The notes below the pieces were generated by a model, which saw only the letters and a program-made list of their open reading frames with translations, searched no databases and was not told the DNA's origin. From Candidatus Hydrogenedentota bacterium (GTDB lineage: Bacteria > Hydrogenedentota > Hydrogenedentia > Hydrogenedentales > SLHB01), in assembly GCA_020848835.1 (NCBI GenBank), contig JADLHJ010000054.1, forward strand, positions 97,916 through 161,915: a stretch of 64,000 bases of DNA, written 5' to 3'. Made by a program: the position numbers and the translations under genes. This document shows positions 27,814 to 37,678 of this stretch, one piece after another. Numbering within the stretch: the first letter of the stretch is position 1; the number at the start of each line of letters is the position of its first letter.

Positions 27814-30800
27814 TTGCGTTTTGAGACGCGCGAATTTCAGCATGGATCGCAAATTCGTCATATGAACCACCCATATCACATTGGCCGTTTTCAACTCGGA
27901 TTTTTGGCGGGGCCTCCGGCTACCGCGAAATCGTCCTTTGTTATCTGCTTAATAGCGCTTCATTTTCTGAGCCTATGCAGTTTCGCGGGTATTGCCGGGC
28001 ACGCATCGTCGCGTCGTACAACGCCAGATGACCATAGGCAATACTGGCAGCTGGTCATTGGCTATGACGAAACCGCGATGACGATCTTGAGTGCGGCTGA
28101 AATTGCTCCCATGAAAAAGCAGGTCATAACGCCCGGACTGGACGGTGCTGTCGGCATTGTGCCGTATTCTGTCGACTGGTTGGATGCATCTGGCAAATCC
28201 TTGTACACGGGGTCCTTGGACCTCCCAATCGGCCAGAGGCTCTTTCTGGGTCCTGATATGCCCTGCAAGGGCTTGGTGCCAAAGCAAAGCGTAATCGTAG
28301 TTCGAATCGAAGGCCCCGCCGCCAAGGCAAACTTCACATCCCTTCGACTTCGCCGCAGTGCTGGGAAGGCACTAGACTACCTTTCTCCGGATATGCCATC
28401 AAGCCTTACGAAACACGAGGTGGTTCTTCCTGTAGGGAAGATTAAGCGTATTGGAGAGAAGGAGGCGCCACCGCCCGGGCCGCTGAGCGTGGCCAAGATT
28501 CAAGATACCGGCAGCGATACAAATCGGCTGGTCTTGGTCATTTTAGGTGATGGATATACAGCGGCAAATCTGTCCGCCGGCAGTTTTACTACCGCTGCCC
28601 AGAATGCGCTGACGGCATTCGGGAACAAGTCACCGTGGGACGTTCTATTCAACGGGACCAATGTGTACCGCGTCGACGTCGAAAGCAATCAACAGGGCGC
28701 TGACAGGGAGGATGGACAGAACGGCACCTTGGTTGATACCTATTTCAACTCAACCTTTTGGACATCCGGCATAGATCGCCTGCTCACGATTGATTTTACG
28801 GGGAGGAGCCGCGCGATTAGCGCTGCCGACGCGTATGTCGGCGTAGGGGTTTGGGATTACCTTTTCGTCCTGGTGAATTCGACGGTCTATGGCGGCTCAG
28901 GTGGGTCTATCGGAGTATCGTCGATCCACGCGTCGGCGAGCGAGGTAATCATCCACGAATTTGGCCACACGTTTGCTGGCCTTGCCGACGAATACACTAC
29001 GGCGTATCCGGGCTATCCAGCCGGCGACGGGGAACCCAACGTCGATTTCGACTATGCCCTCGCGAACTTGAAATGGAGCGCATGGGTGGATACGGGAACT
29101 CCACTTCCAACGCCTGATACATCCACGTACAACGGCGTAGTGGGGGCATTTCAAGGCGCCCGTTACCTCACGACTGGAATTTATCGGCCAACACGCAATT
29201 GTTTGATGAAAGCGCTCGGGACCGCGTTCTGTCCGGTGTGCAAAGAGGCTCATGTCGTTGATTACTTCGACATTGTTTCCCTTGCCGATACATTGCAGCC
29301 AACGGCGGGCACAACCGTCGATGTGCCGCCTGCAGGCACTCTCGTTTCGGTATCACCGCTCTCAATACCCGGGTTGACATATCAATGGTCAATTGACGGT
29401 TCTCCGCTGGGCGGAGCAACTGGTTCAAGCGTGACCGTCTACGCAACGGACCTGCCAACCCAGGCCGCAACATTACAACTCAATATTTCATATCCGACGA
29501 GCTTGGTTCGCTCGACAAGTTTTGCCGAGAATTACTCGTGGACGCTCAACAAAATTGGGGACATCACGGCGCCAACTGCCGGTATCACGCTCATTGATTC
29601 CAATCCGACTAACGCGAATGCAGTCCAATTTGGCGTTCAGTTCAGTGAAAATGTCTCCCCCACGTTTACGGCAGCCGACATAGCGGTTGCGGGCACGTTG
29701 GCTGCAGGAGCGTCGACCGCCGTCTCGGGTACGGACCCGAATTACGTCATCACGATAACTCCGGCAAACCCAACGGCTGATGGGACGATAGGCATCACGA
29801 TAGGATCGGCAGTGTCCGACGCCGCAGGTAATCCATACGCCGGTGGAAGTTCGCCCACCGTCTACGCCATCGACAACGCGGCCCCCACAATTTCAATCGG
29901 TTCACCGTCCTCTGCTATCACGCGTACCGGGCCGATATCTTACCCAGTTGCCTACGGTAACGCGGACGCTGTGACACTTTCGACCTCAGACGTCTCGTTG
30001 TTGACTACGGGAACGGCCACTGGAACGGTCTCGGTCTCGGGGAGTGGCACGACCACCCGGACCGTGACGATCGCGAGTATTTCCGGGAACGGCACATTGG
30101 CCATCGCGATCGCTGCCGGCACGGCCTCGGACCTCGCAGGCAACATGGCGCCGGCACCCGCGTCAAGCACGACGTTCAGCGTTGATAACATTGCGCCTAC
30201 CGCCACCGTCACCCTCGAAGATGCTAACCCAACGAACGCGGATTCAGTACACTTTGGCGTACGATTCAGTGAGAATGTGGCGCCTACCTTCACTGCAGCA
30301 GACCTGACAGTTACAGGATCGTTGGCGTCTGGCGCGACGACCTCCATCTCCGGCACAGACCCAGACTATACCGTTACAGTGACTCCGGCAAATCCTGCAA
30401 CTGACGGTACCATTGGCCTTACGGTGGGCAGTGGCATCACGGACGGGGCGGGAAACGCATACACGGGCGGCAGCGCACCTGCCATCTACACAATAGAGAA
30501 CATTGGCCCTACAATTTCGATCGGCTCACCCTCGGCGTCCGTGACGAGAAGCGGACCCGTGTCGTACGCCGTCACCTATGGCGGCGCGGACAGCATAACA
30601 TTGTCTCCTTCCGCGGTTAGTCTGATTGCTACGGGGACCGCGTCAGGTACCATCTCTGTCTCGGGGAGCGGGACGGTTACACGCACAGTCACCATATCCA
30701 GTATTGCTGGAAACGGCACTCTCCGAATCTCAATTGCCGCAGGCACAGCCGCCGATAACGCGGCGAATCTGGCGCCCGCGGCGCTTGCCAGTACCCCATT

Positions 30801-31776
30801 TACCGTGGACAACGTTGCGCCTACCGCCGCGATAGCCCTGTTGGATCCGAGCCCCACCAATGCGAACGCGGTGCGCTTCAGCGTGCAGTTTAGCGAAAAT
30901 GTCGCGCCATCATTCTCGACAGGGGACCTGACAGTTTCAGGAACCTTGGCGATCGGTGCAACGGTTGCCATGACGGGTTCGGACCCAACCTACACCGTTA
31001 CGGTGACTCCCTCGAATCCAACAGCCGATGGAACTATCGGTCTGACGATTGGATCCGGCATCGCGGACAGCGCAGGAAACGCGTACGCTGGCGGTAGCTC
31101 GCCGAGTTCCTACACAATCGAAAACGTTGGTCCATCTATCTCCATTGGAGCGCCTTCAGCAACCGCGACACGTACGGGCGCGGTTTCATATACGATCACC
31201 TATGGCGGAGCAGACTCAATTGGCCTGCTGGCCTCAAATGTATCTGTCGTTTCAACCGGCACGGCCTCCGGCACCGTCGCAGTTTCCGGGAGCGGGACGA
31301 TCGCCCGAACGGTAACAGTTTCCAGTATTTCCGGCGACGGAACGCTGCGAATCTCTATCGCGCCTGGGACCGCTTCCGATATTGCCGGGAACCTGGCACC
31401 TTCAGCGCCCTCGAGCAGCCCGTTCGACGTAGACAACACTGCGCCGACAATCACAGTAAACGGCTCGCTCATGGAGTACATTGAAGTTGGCACGCCGTAT
31501 ACCGACGCAGGTGCAACGGCGGTCGACAGCAGGGATGGCGACATCACGGCGCAAATCACCACAACCGGTGCCGTGAATTGCAACGTAGAGGGTGCACACT
31601 TTCTAACGTATAACGTTTCGGACAATGTGGGAAACGCAGCCGCGCCTGTTCAACGCACGGTAGTCGTTGTTCCACCGCTTCCCGATGACCTCCCTGTGGA
31701 CACGCGCTTCGTTTTGATCGCGCTTCTGCTAGTTGGAGTTGCGCAGGCGGGTCGACGCATTCGTCAGAGCCCGTAG
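27814..31776 (+). CDS. secreted M64 (IgA peptidase-like) metallopeptidase with Ig-like repeats, DUF5011-like domain and C-terminal anchor
   Basis: LVILGDGYT, IIHEFGHTFAGLADEY (28954), NCLMK, FCPVC. Start uncertain: TTG 27814 after AGGAGAGG, ATG 27862, or track start 27697. Confidence 0.88.
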   Translation: MRFETREFQHGSQIRHMNHPYHIGRFQLGFLAGPPATAKSSFVICLIALHFLSLCSFAGIAGHASSRRTTPDDHRQYWQLVIGYDETAMTILSAAEIAPMKKQVITPGLDGAVGIVPYSVDWLDASGKSLYTGSLDLPIGQRLFLGPDMPCKGLVPKQSVIVVRIEGPAAKANFTSLRLRRSAGKALDYLSPDMPSSLTKHEVVLPVGKIKRIGEKEAPPPGPLSVAKIQDTGSDTNRLVLVILGDGYTAANLSAGSFTTAAQNALTAFGNKSPWDVLFNGTNVYRVDVESNQQGADREDGQNGTLVDTYFNSTFWTSGIDRLLTIDFTGRSRAISAADAYVGVGVWDYLFVLVNSTVYGGSGGSIGVSSIHASASEVIIHEFGHTFAGLADEYTTAYPGYPAGDGEPNVDFDYALANLKWSAWVDTGTPLPTPDTSTYNGVVGAFQGARYLTTGIYRPTRNCLMKALGTAFCPVCKEAHVVDYFDIVSLADTLQPTAGTTVDVPPAGTLVSVSPLSIPGLTYQWSIDGSPLGGATGSSVTVYATDLPTQAATLQLNISYPTSLVRSTSFAENYSWTLNKIGDITAPTAGITLIDSNPTNANAVQFGVQFSENVSPTFTAADIAVAGTLAAGASTAVSGTDPNYVITITPANPTADGTIGITIGSAVSDAAGNPYAGGSSPTVYAIDNAAPTISIGSPSSAITRTGPISYPVAYGNADAVTLSTSDVSLLTTGTATGTVSVSGSGTTTRTVTIASISGNGTLAIAIAAGTASDLAGNMAPAPASSTTFSVDNIAPTATVTLEDANPTNADSVHFGVRFSENVAPTFTAADLTVTGSLASGATTSISGTDPDYTVTVTPANPATDGTIGLTVGSGITDGAGNAYTGGSAPAIYTIENIGPTISIGSPSASVTRSGPVSYAVTYGGADSITLSPSAVSLIATGTASGTISVSGSGTVTRTVTISSIAGNGTLRISIAAGTAADNAANLAPAALASTPFTVDNVAPTAAIALLDPSPTNANAVRFSVQFSENVAPSFSTGDLTVSGTLAIGATVAMTGSDPTYTVTVTPSNPTADGTIGLTIGSGIADSAGNAYAGGSSPSSYTIENVGPSISIGAPSATATRTGAVSYTITYGGADSIGLLASNVSVVSTGTASGTVAVSGSGTIARTVTVSSISGDGTLRISIAPGTASDIAGNLAPSAPSSSPFDVDNTAPTITVNGSLMEYIEVGTPYTDAGATAVDSRDGDITAQITTTGAVNCNVEGAHFLTYNVSDNVGNAAAPVQRTVVVVPPLPDDLPVDTRFVLIALLLVGVAQAGRRIRQSP
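29560..31431 (+). repeat. three tandem 624-bp (208-aa) A+B Ig-like units
   Basis: Units start at 29560, 30184 and 30808 (D(I/N)xAPTA..PTNA..V.F.V.FSENV ... TISIG.PS...TRTG...D.AGN.AP). Confidence 0.9.
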
Positions 31777-32126
31777 AATGCACAACTCAGCCTCTCTCGT
31801 TAACTGGCATAGCGCTACGATTGACCATGCCCGCCTTTGCACGCGGGGCGGTCTATCGGTTTGCGGTAGTTCTTCGCCTTAATGGTCTCAATCCATTGAG
31901 CCGCTTTTGGTAAGACGAGCGTCATTCATTATCAAAAGATCGGGCATGACGGCAGAAGCGCGCGTGTGGCCCGCCACCGGTATACGACTGCTCCGACATG
32001 CCCATACTCGAGGCACACCTGCGGCAGCGATTTTGCCTGCGTCGAAGTCCGTCTTTGCCTGCATGTACACTATCGTTCGCCCTGTTCATTGCTGTCCATG
32101 TGGAAAAACATGAAGTCTAGGTATGA

Positions 32127-33521
32127 GTGCGTATCATGAATCGGCTTTATCTGAGGACTGCTTGTGGGATCTCTTTGGTCATCGCTCTCTGGATCTGTCT
32201 TCATCAAGTGCGCGCGGAAGTACGTGCCCAAACTTGGACTGAACCGCGAACATTGGTATTTGCAGGTCAAGTACCCCCTGACGACTTTGGCGAAAACCCG
32301 AACGTCAGCTTAGACCCAAATAACAAGATGAATTGGGAGGATGAACCGCCTGCCTCAACCCCTTCGCTGCCGTTGAACTACGGCCGCTGGTCGGGTCCGT
32401 ACAACAACATGTATGGAAAGCGCTGGGTAAGCACCGTCAATAAGTGGTTTCGGCAGGGCACTGCGGCGGGACTTTGGCAGGACCGCTTTCGGAGTTTCGA
32501 CAAGGGTCATTCCAGTATCCCGCTAGCGCTATTCCCACAGCTTGAGGCAGAAGACCCTGTGACCGCATTTGGACCGTCGTTATCAAATGTCTTGGTACAA
32601 CACGTCACATTTGGCGTGCAGTCCTACGGTATGGGCGGACAAAGTGTTGCCGAATCTTTGTCTCGAAGTAGCCTTCGTGCGTACTACGAAAACGGGACGT
32701 TTAGGCGCGAGGGCCATCAGCACTTTCGAATGGTCCTGTATGAGCGAAACTTTCTCTTCGTCGCCCCAGCGGTAGACTCATATGGCGTTCGTGGTGACCA
32801 GTTTACATTTCTGAGTCCATTCTACTTGCATTCGGTGGGGCGTTCAGGAAGCGATGCGCGGCTTCTGCAACCCATCTTGCTGGCAGCGGCCGCTTTGCCT
32901 CCGAAACTGAAGACGCGCATGCTACGGTGCGGCGTCTATGTTCCAACCCTCATGCAGTTGTTCAAGGGCGCGATTGCCGGCGATATCTCCTCGGCCAATG
33001 CACACCTACCTGCATATTCGCTTCCAGACGAAGCCAAGGAAGGTAACACAGGACGGACACCTTTCCTTGACCGCCTCATTACCACCGCACATGATCTTAC
33101 GCATATACCGCCAGTCTGTCGCTTTGCAATAGAGCCAGTTTATGTGAAAGCGACTGGAAAGTTTCCGTATGGCGGCAAGGCATACTGGGAGAAAACACCG
33201 TATGCCTTTTTCGGCGCGCTCCGCGAAGGTCAGGAATTTCAGCTTGAAATCGACCTTCGCGACAGTTGGGTCGACGACGGATTTTCACTGAAAGATTTCT
33301 ACACCGCGGTGTTGCGCGGCCCGGGTACCATCGAGAAACAGAATAGTGAAGGCTCGAGATTGCGCATACATGTTCCATGGACTGTGATGGACATGGATAA
33401 AGACTATCGCACCGACATTCTGCTGCTGGTCTCTGACGGGACCTATTTTTCTGCGCCCGCGTACATCTCTATACGCCATGTCCACAAGCTCGATCCGATG
33501 GTACTTGGTTTGCGCCGATAA
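32127..33521 (+). CDS. secreted hypothetical protein
   Basis: N-terminal signal; D.GHS..FPQL, S.GRSGSD, PTLMQL segments resemble a conserved hypothetical family (recalled, not searched); start may be 32136. Confidence 0.75.
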   Translation: MRIMNRLYLRTACGISLVIALWICLHQVRAEVRAQTWTEPRTLVFAGQVPPDDFGENPNVSLDPNNKMNWEDEPPASTPSLPLNYGRWSGPYNNMYGKRWVSTVNKWFRQGTAAGLWQDRFRSFDKGHSSIPLALFPQLEAEDPVTAFGPSLSNVLVQHVTFGVQSYGMGGQSVAESLSRSSLRAYYENGTFRREGHQHFRMVLYERNFLFVAPAVDSYGVRGDQFTFLSPFYLHSVGRSGSDARLLQPILLAAAALPPKLKTRMLRCGVYVPTLMQLFKGAIAGDISSANAHLPAYSLPDEAKEGNTGRTPFLDRLITTAHDLTHIPPVCRFAIEPVYVKATGKFPYGGKAYWEKTPYAFFGALREGQEFQLEIDLRDSWVDDGFSLKDFYTAVLRGPGTIEKQNSEGSRLRIHVPWTVMDMDKDYRTDILLLVSDGTYFSAPAYISIRHVHKLDPMVLGLRR

Positions 33522-33537
33522 AGTGAAGCAATGCTTT

Positions 33538-36500
33538 CTACTGGGCGCTGTCCCCCCGTGCAAGTGACGAGTCGCGGCCCTCTTTCGTTGTTTCAGTACC
33601 CGTCTTGGCGTTTTGGATTTCGCGAAGTTCGGTGCGCCAGTGAAGTTCGCTCGGTTCCAAGTCAATTGCCTGAGTCAGGTACTTAATCGCGGAGGCTTGA
33701 TCACCCGTCGCGCCGTACGCTCTCGCCAGCGTCGCATAACATCGCGCATTCTTGGGCTCGGTAGTGACCGCCTTTTGGGCTAGGCTGACCGCCTCGTCCA
33801 ATCTCTTGCCTTGCTCGCAAAACGAACGTGCCAATCCAATTTGCGCGGCGGTCAGATTGGCGTCACGTTCAAGCGCATTCTGATAGTTCACTTCTGCAAG
33901 GGCATAATCCCGTTCCCCTTCGGCAATCGATGCGAGCGCAACAAACGCTTCAGGCTTGGCTGCCGGAAGCCGCACAACCGTCTCCAATTCCTCACGCGCT
34001 TTGGCACGATATTTTTCGTTCCCGGTTCGCATCGCCAGCGCCTGCCAGCTTAGAGCAAGCACCGTCCGCTCTTCTGTTGCGTTTTGCGGTATGAACGGCG
34101 TAACTCGCTCAAGCCAACCAGCGGAGTCCATTTCGTTTGGAAGTCTGAACGTCGCAATACACGCCCACAACATTCGAGACGCGGTGGAACTCTGTAGCTT
34201 TGGCGACAGCAACGAAGCGACGTCGTCTACACGGTTGGCCATCAACAGGCTTTGCGTTCGCGCTGCTTCACTTTGCCCATCCGCATCCTGACTAGTTTTG
34301 TCAGCTACGAGATAGGGCATGGTCGCGCGATTCCTACCCAATAAACGGCCAATGCGTTGCTTCGCCGCTACGTCGAGCAGATCACCTGCGTTGGGCAACG
34401 ATCGAGAACGTCGGAACGCCTCGCCAGCCGCTTCAAATGATTCGACCCACCGGCCCGCCGCAGCGAAGGATTCGGATGCCAGCTCGGCCGGTTCCACATC
34501 GGTCGGAAAATCCAACTGGGCTTGTGCAGCAACTTCGGCGGCTTCATCATGCTTACCCGCTTGCCCCAAAAGCCGAACGAGCAGCATCCTCACCGGCAAG
34601 TAGGTAGGATGGGCTTGAATGAGTTGCCGGAATTGTTCGACCCTGCGGAGGGGGTCATCCTGTGGTGTTTCATTCAATACTTCGAGCGTTTCTTTTGCTG
34701 CATCGAATCGACCAGCATCCTCCACGCCAGATATCATGATGGGCATCGCCAAAAAGCGCGTCACCAACTCCTCGAAGAGCGCGCGATCCCGCCGCATAGC
34801 GCGAAAGAGCGCTTCGCTCGGACAAGCGGCAAGGGCCTCTTCAGCGAGGTCCAGCGCGGCGCTCACATTCCCTGAACGCATCAGAAACGCCAAATACTTT
34901 CGCCACGCGTTGGGGTTTGCCTTGTTACCCTCGATCGCAGCCCGAAATAGTCTATCGGCGTCGTCTGCATTGCCGTAATAGCCATGGAACTCCGCCTCGA
35001 GGACCTCACGCGCTCCGGAATCGAGTTGCAATTGCCCCAGAACGTCGAAAGCAGCCTTCGCTTCGTCCAGTTTTCCCAGTGACCCAAATAAGTCTAGTGC
35101 AAAAACCACTTCTGCGATGGATGGATTGTCTTCAATCAGCGTCTTGGCGATCTCTTGCGCATTCGGAAGATCGTCGTTCATCCGATACAGCTCTGCCAAC
35201 AACAGATCCGCCGGTGGACCATCTCCACGTTTCGGATTCGCCGCAAGCAGCTTTTCGATTGCCGCGGCATAGCGACCCTCTTGCGCCGCGACCATTGCGG
35301 AAACCTCGTGAGACGCGCGATCAGAAACTTCACCGTTCGCCAGTATCGCCGCCAATTCATCGTACGCTCTCGATATATCGCCGCGGCTGTACAATATTCG
35401 CGCCAAATCGAGTCGCGCACTATTGTTCTTGGGCGCCAATCGAACGGCGTTTTGCAGATTGGAGAGTGCGCCTTCCGAATTGCCGATCCGTTCAAGTGCC
35501 GTGGCGATGAGCAAGTATTGCTTGATGTCGAGAAATCCTGCTGCGGTGGAAGTGTCCTGTAACAACACCACTGCTTCGGCCGCGGCCTTTTCTGAATGAT
35601 CGTTTTGGAGTAGCCAACGCGCTCGCGCGGTCCGCCACGTGTAACCAGACTCGCCCGTCAACTCTTTCAATGCGCTGATCGAACTGTCTATAAGCGCGGC
35701 ATTCTCCCACGCCGCCTCGGATTCCAACACGCGCGTGAGTACCATCGCATTCTTCGGTTCAACACTCGTGACATAATCCGACCAGGCCAAAGCAGCCTCG
35801 GCGGATCCACTTCGTTCGAGGTACTGCGCAATCGCAAACTTCCAATCCGGTCCCTCCCCCGCTACCTTGGCTGCCCCAGTTAGAAGTTCCAATCCACGCT
35901 GGGGATCTCCTTCCGCATTCGCAGCGAGCGCCTGTTCCAGCGCAAGATTAGGAGTAGAGCCGAATGAGCGCAAAGCGTACGCGTAGCATGCATCGGTCTG
36001 CCCGAGGCTGAAATCTCTGCTGATTCGAGCTAGACGAAGCACCGTAGGTTCGGGCAGTGCCTCCTCTCCCGCCAAAGCTGCACCGAGTTTCTCCCCCGCC
36101 AAAGTGGTGTCGCCACGTCGAGCAAGAAACTCTATCAGTAAGGGAAGCGTTCTAGGTTCCATGGGCCGGATGGATTGAATCTTCTCCACAAGGTCCCATA
36201 GCCGGCTCCGCTCCGCGTCCGATAATAGTTCGAGGTCAACGCCAGGGATTTCCGCCGCCGCTGCTGCGAGATAAACGTCTTGAGGTGAACGAAATAGCGC
36301 TTGCTGCGCCAGCGCAGTTGCGGCCGTCACGTTGCCGCGCGCTGAAAGTACTTGGGCGGCAAGCAACAGCGGTTCACCCCAAAGGGGGGACATCTGCGCC
36401 GCAAGGCTGCAGGTCCGCAGCGCCAGGTCGCTCTCACCGTTTCGCTCGTATGCCCTCCCCAAGTAGTAGGTGAAATACGGATTCCGCCCATCCAACTCGG

Positions 36501-37659
36501 CGTACTTCTTGCAGTTTTCAACGAGATCCCGCGCCGGAATTTCTTTATCTAGGTAGAACACGCTTAGAATTTCCCGCCAGGCAATCGCAGCTCGGTCGTC
36601 GCGCTTTTCCAGGTGCTCAACGACTCCTTTAACCTGCTCCCACTTCTCAAGCTTTACGTGCGTCAAGCCAAGGATTCCTAACATCTCGGAGTCGCCAACA
36701 TCCGCTGGTACCTGATCCATCAATTTCACCACTGCGCGAGTGTTTCCCGACTCGAAAAGCCGGCGCATTAGAAGTCGTTTCAGTTCTATCTCCGAAAATC
36801 GTCCAGCGGATTTTGCGAGCATATCGAGGTTCAGACGCTGAAGCTCGAATCTATCGCCGGAGAATACAGAGAGGCGTGACAATAGGTTGTCGATGAGTTC
36901 AACAGTTTTCGTATTTGTAGAGTTTGTAACGGGGATCGCGGCGGCCCGCTTCGTCCAGTCCACCGTCTCGTCACGCTTTCCGGCGAACTCATGGGCAATG
37001 GCTTGCACGATGTGATATTCGGCAGAACCCCGGTCAAATCCAGGCACTGTGTCTGGATACCTAAGAATCTCGTCCACCGGCTTTTTCATTGACCGAATCA
37101 CGGAAAGCGCAAGAATGTGATTCTCCACGTCAGCAGGTTCCAATGCCGCGACTTTCTTGGCATCTCCTAACGCCGCATCATACTTTTGCATTCGCATGTA
37201 GGCTTTTGCTCTTGCCTTCAACGCGTCAACATCGTCAGGCTTTTTTGCCAGTATGTCCTCTGCCAGGGAGATAGTCTCGACGCCGTAGCCGATGTCGGAG
37301 TACACACCGACCAGCTCACGCTGAGCATCGCTGTTGTCAGGTTGTATACTGAGAATCTGGCGAAGATGGGAAATAGTCTGCTCAAAGTGCTTTCCATTTG
37401 GAAGGGGGACCTCGCGGCGGGCCTTCGCATATTCAAGCATTGCTTCTACGTCGGTATCCAACCCAAATCGCTGCAAGTAGCGTCCAATTTGGTCCAACGC
37501 GACCTCATGGTCACCAACCTTCGCCGCATCCATTCCACGCTGACGACACTCTAGCGCTCGCTGCTTTAATACATATTGGCGCACGAGCAAGGCTGCCCCC
37601 CCCGCAGCGAGGAGAACTACGAAAGCACTTGCGACGATTATGAGACGACGATAACGCAC
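33538..37659 (-). CDS. giant N-anchored TPR protein
   Basis: GTG start, N-terminal TM, TPR repeats throughout 1373 aa; last gene of the - strand operon. Confidence 0.87.
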   Translation of the reverse strand: MRYRRLIIVASAFVVLLAAGGAALLVRQYVLKQRALECRQRGMDAAKVGDHEVALDQIGRYLQRFGLDTDVEAMLEYAKARREVPLPNGKHFEQTISHLRQILSIQPDNSDAQRELVGVYSDIGYGVETISLAEDILAKKPDDVDALKARAKAYMRMQKYDAALGDAKKVAALEPADVENHILALSVIRSMKKPVDEILRYPDTVPGFDRGSAEYHIVQAIAHEFAGKRDETVDWTKRAAAIPVTNSTNTKTVELIDNLLSRLSVFSGDRFELQRLNLDMLAKSAGRFSEIELKRLLMRRLFESGNTRAVVKLMDQVPADVGDSEMLGILGLTHVKLEKWEQVKGVVEHLEKRDDRAAIAWREILSVFYLDKEIPARDLVENCKKYAELDGRNPYFTYYLGRAYERNGESDLALRTCSLAAQMSPLWGEPLLLAAQVLSARGNVTAATALAQQALFRSPQDVYLAAAAAEIPGVDLELLSDAERSRLWDLVEKIQSIRPMEPRTLPLLIEFLARRGDTTLAGEKLGAALAGEEALPEPTVLRLARISRDFSLGQTDACYAYALRSFGSTPNLALEQALAANAEGDPQRGLELLTGAAKVAGEGPDWKFAIAQYLERSGSAEAALAWSDYVTSVEPKNAMVLTRVLESEAAWENAALIDSSISALKELTGESGYTWRTARARWLLQNDHSEKAAAEAVVLLQDTSTAAGFLDIKQYLLIATALERIGNSEGALSNLQNAVRLAPKNNSARLDLARILYSRGDISRAYDELAAILANGEVSDRASHEVSAMVAAQEGRYAAAIEKLLAANPKRGDGPPADLLLAELYRMNDDLPNAQEIAKTLIEDNPSIAEVVFALDLFGSLGKLDEAKAAFDVLGQLQLDSGAREVLEAEFHGYYGNADDADRLFRAAIEGNKANPNAWRKYLAFLMRSGNVSAALDLAEEALAACPSEALFRAMRRDRALFEELVTRFLAMPIMISGVEDAGRFDAAKETLEVLNETPQDDPLRRVEQFRQLIQAHPTYLPVRMLLVRLLGQAGKHDEAAEVAAQAQLDFPTDVEPAELASESFAAAGRWVESFEAAGEAFRRSRSLPNAGDLLDVAAKQRIGRLLGRNRATMPYLVADKTSQDADGQSEAARTQSLLMANRVDDVASLLSPKLQSSTASRMLWACIATFRLPNEMDSAGWLERVTPFIPQNATEERTVLALSWQALAMRTGNEKYRAKAREELETVVRLPAAKPEAFVALASIAEGERDYALAEVNYQNALERDANLTAAQIGLARSFCEQGKRLDEAVSLAQKAVTTEPKNARCYATLARAYGATGDQASAIKYLTQAIDLEPSELHWRTELREIQNAKTGTETTKEGRDSSLARGDSAQ

Positions 37660-37678
37660 GGATTGCTGACGTCCTTAC

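Noticed and set aside
29952-31625. Periodic - strand ORFs (29952, 30576, 31200) and similar antisense ORFs over the PEP-CTERM and lipoprotein genes
   Set aside because: These are antisense shadows of Thr/Ala/Gly/Ser-rich coding repeats, not independent genes.
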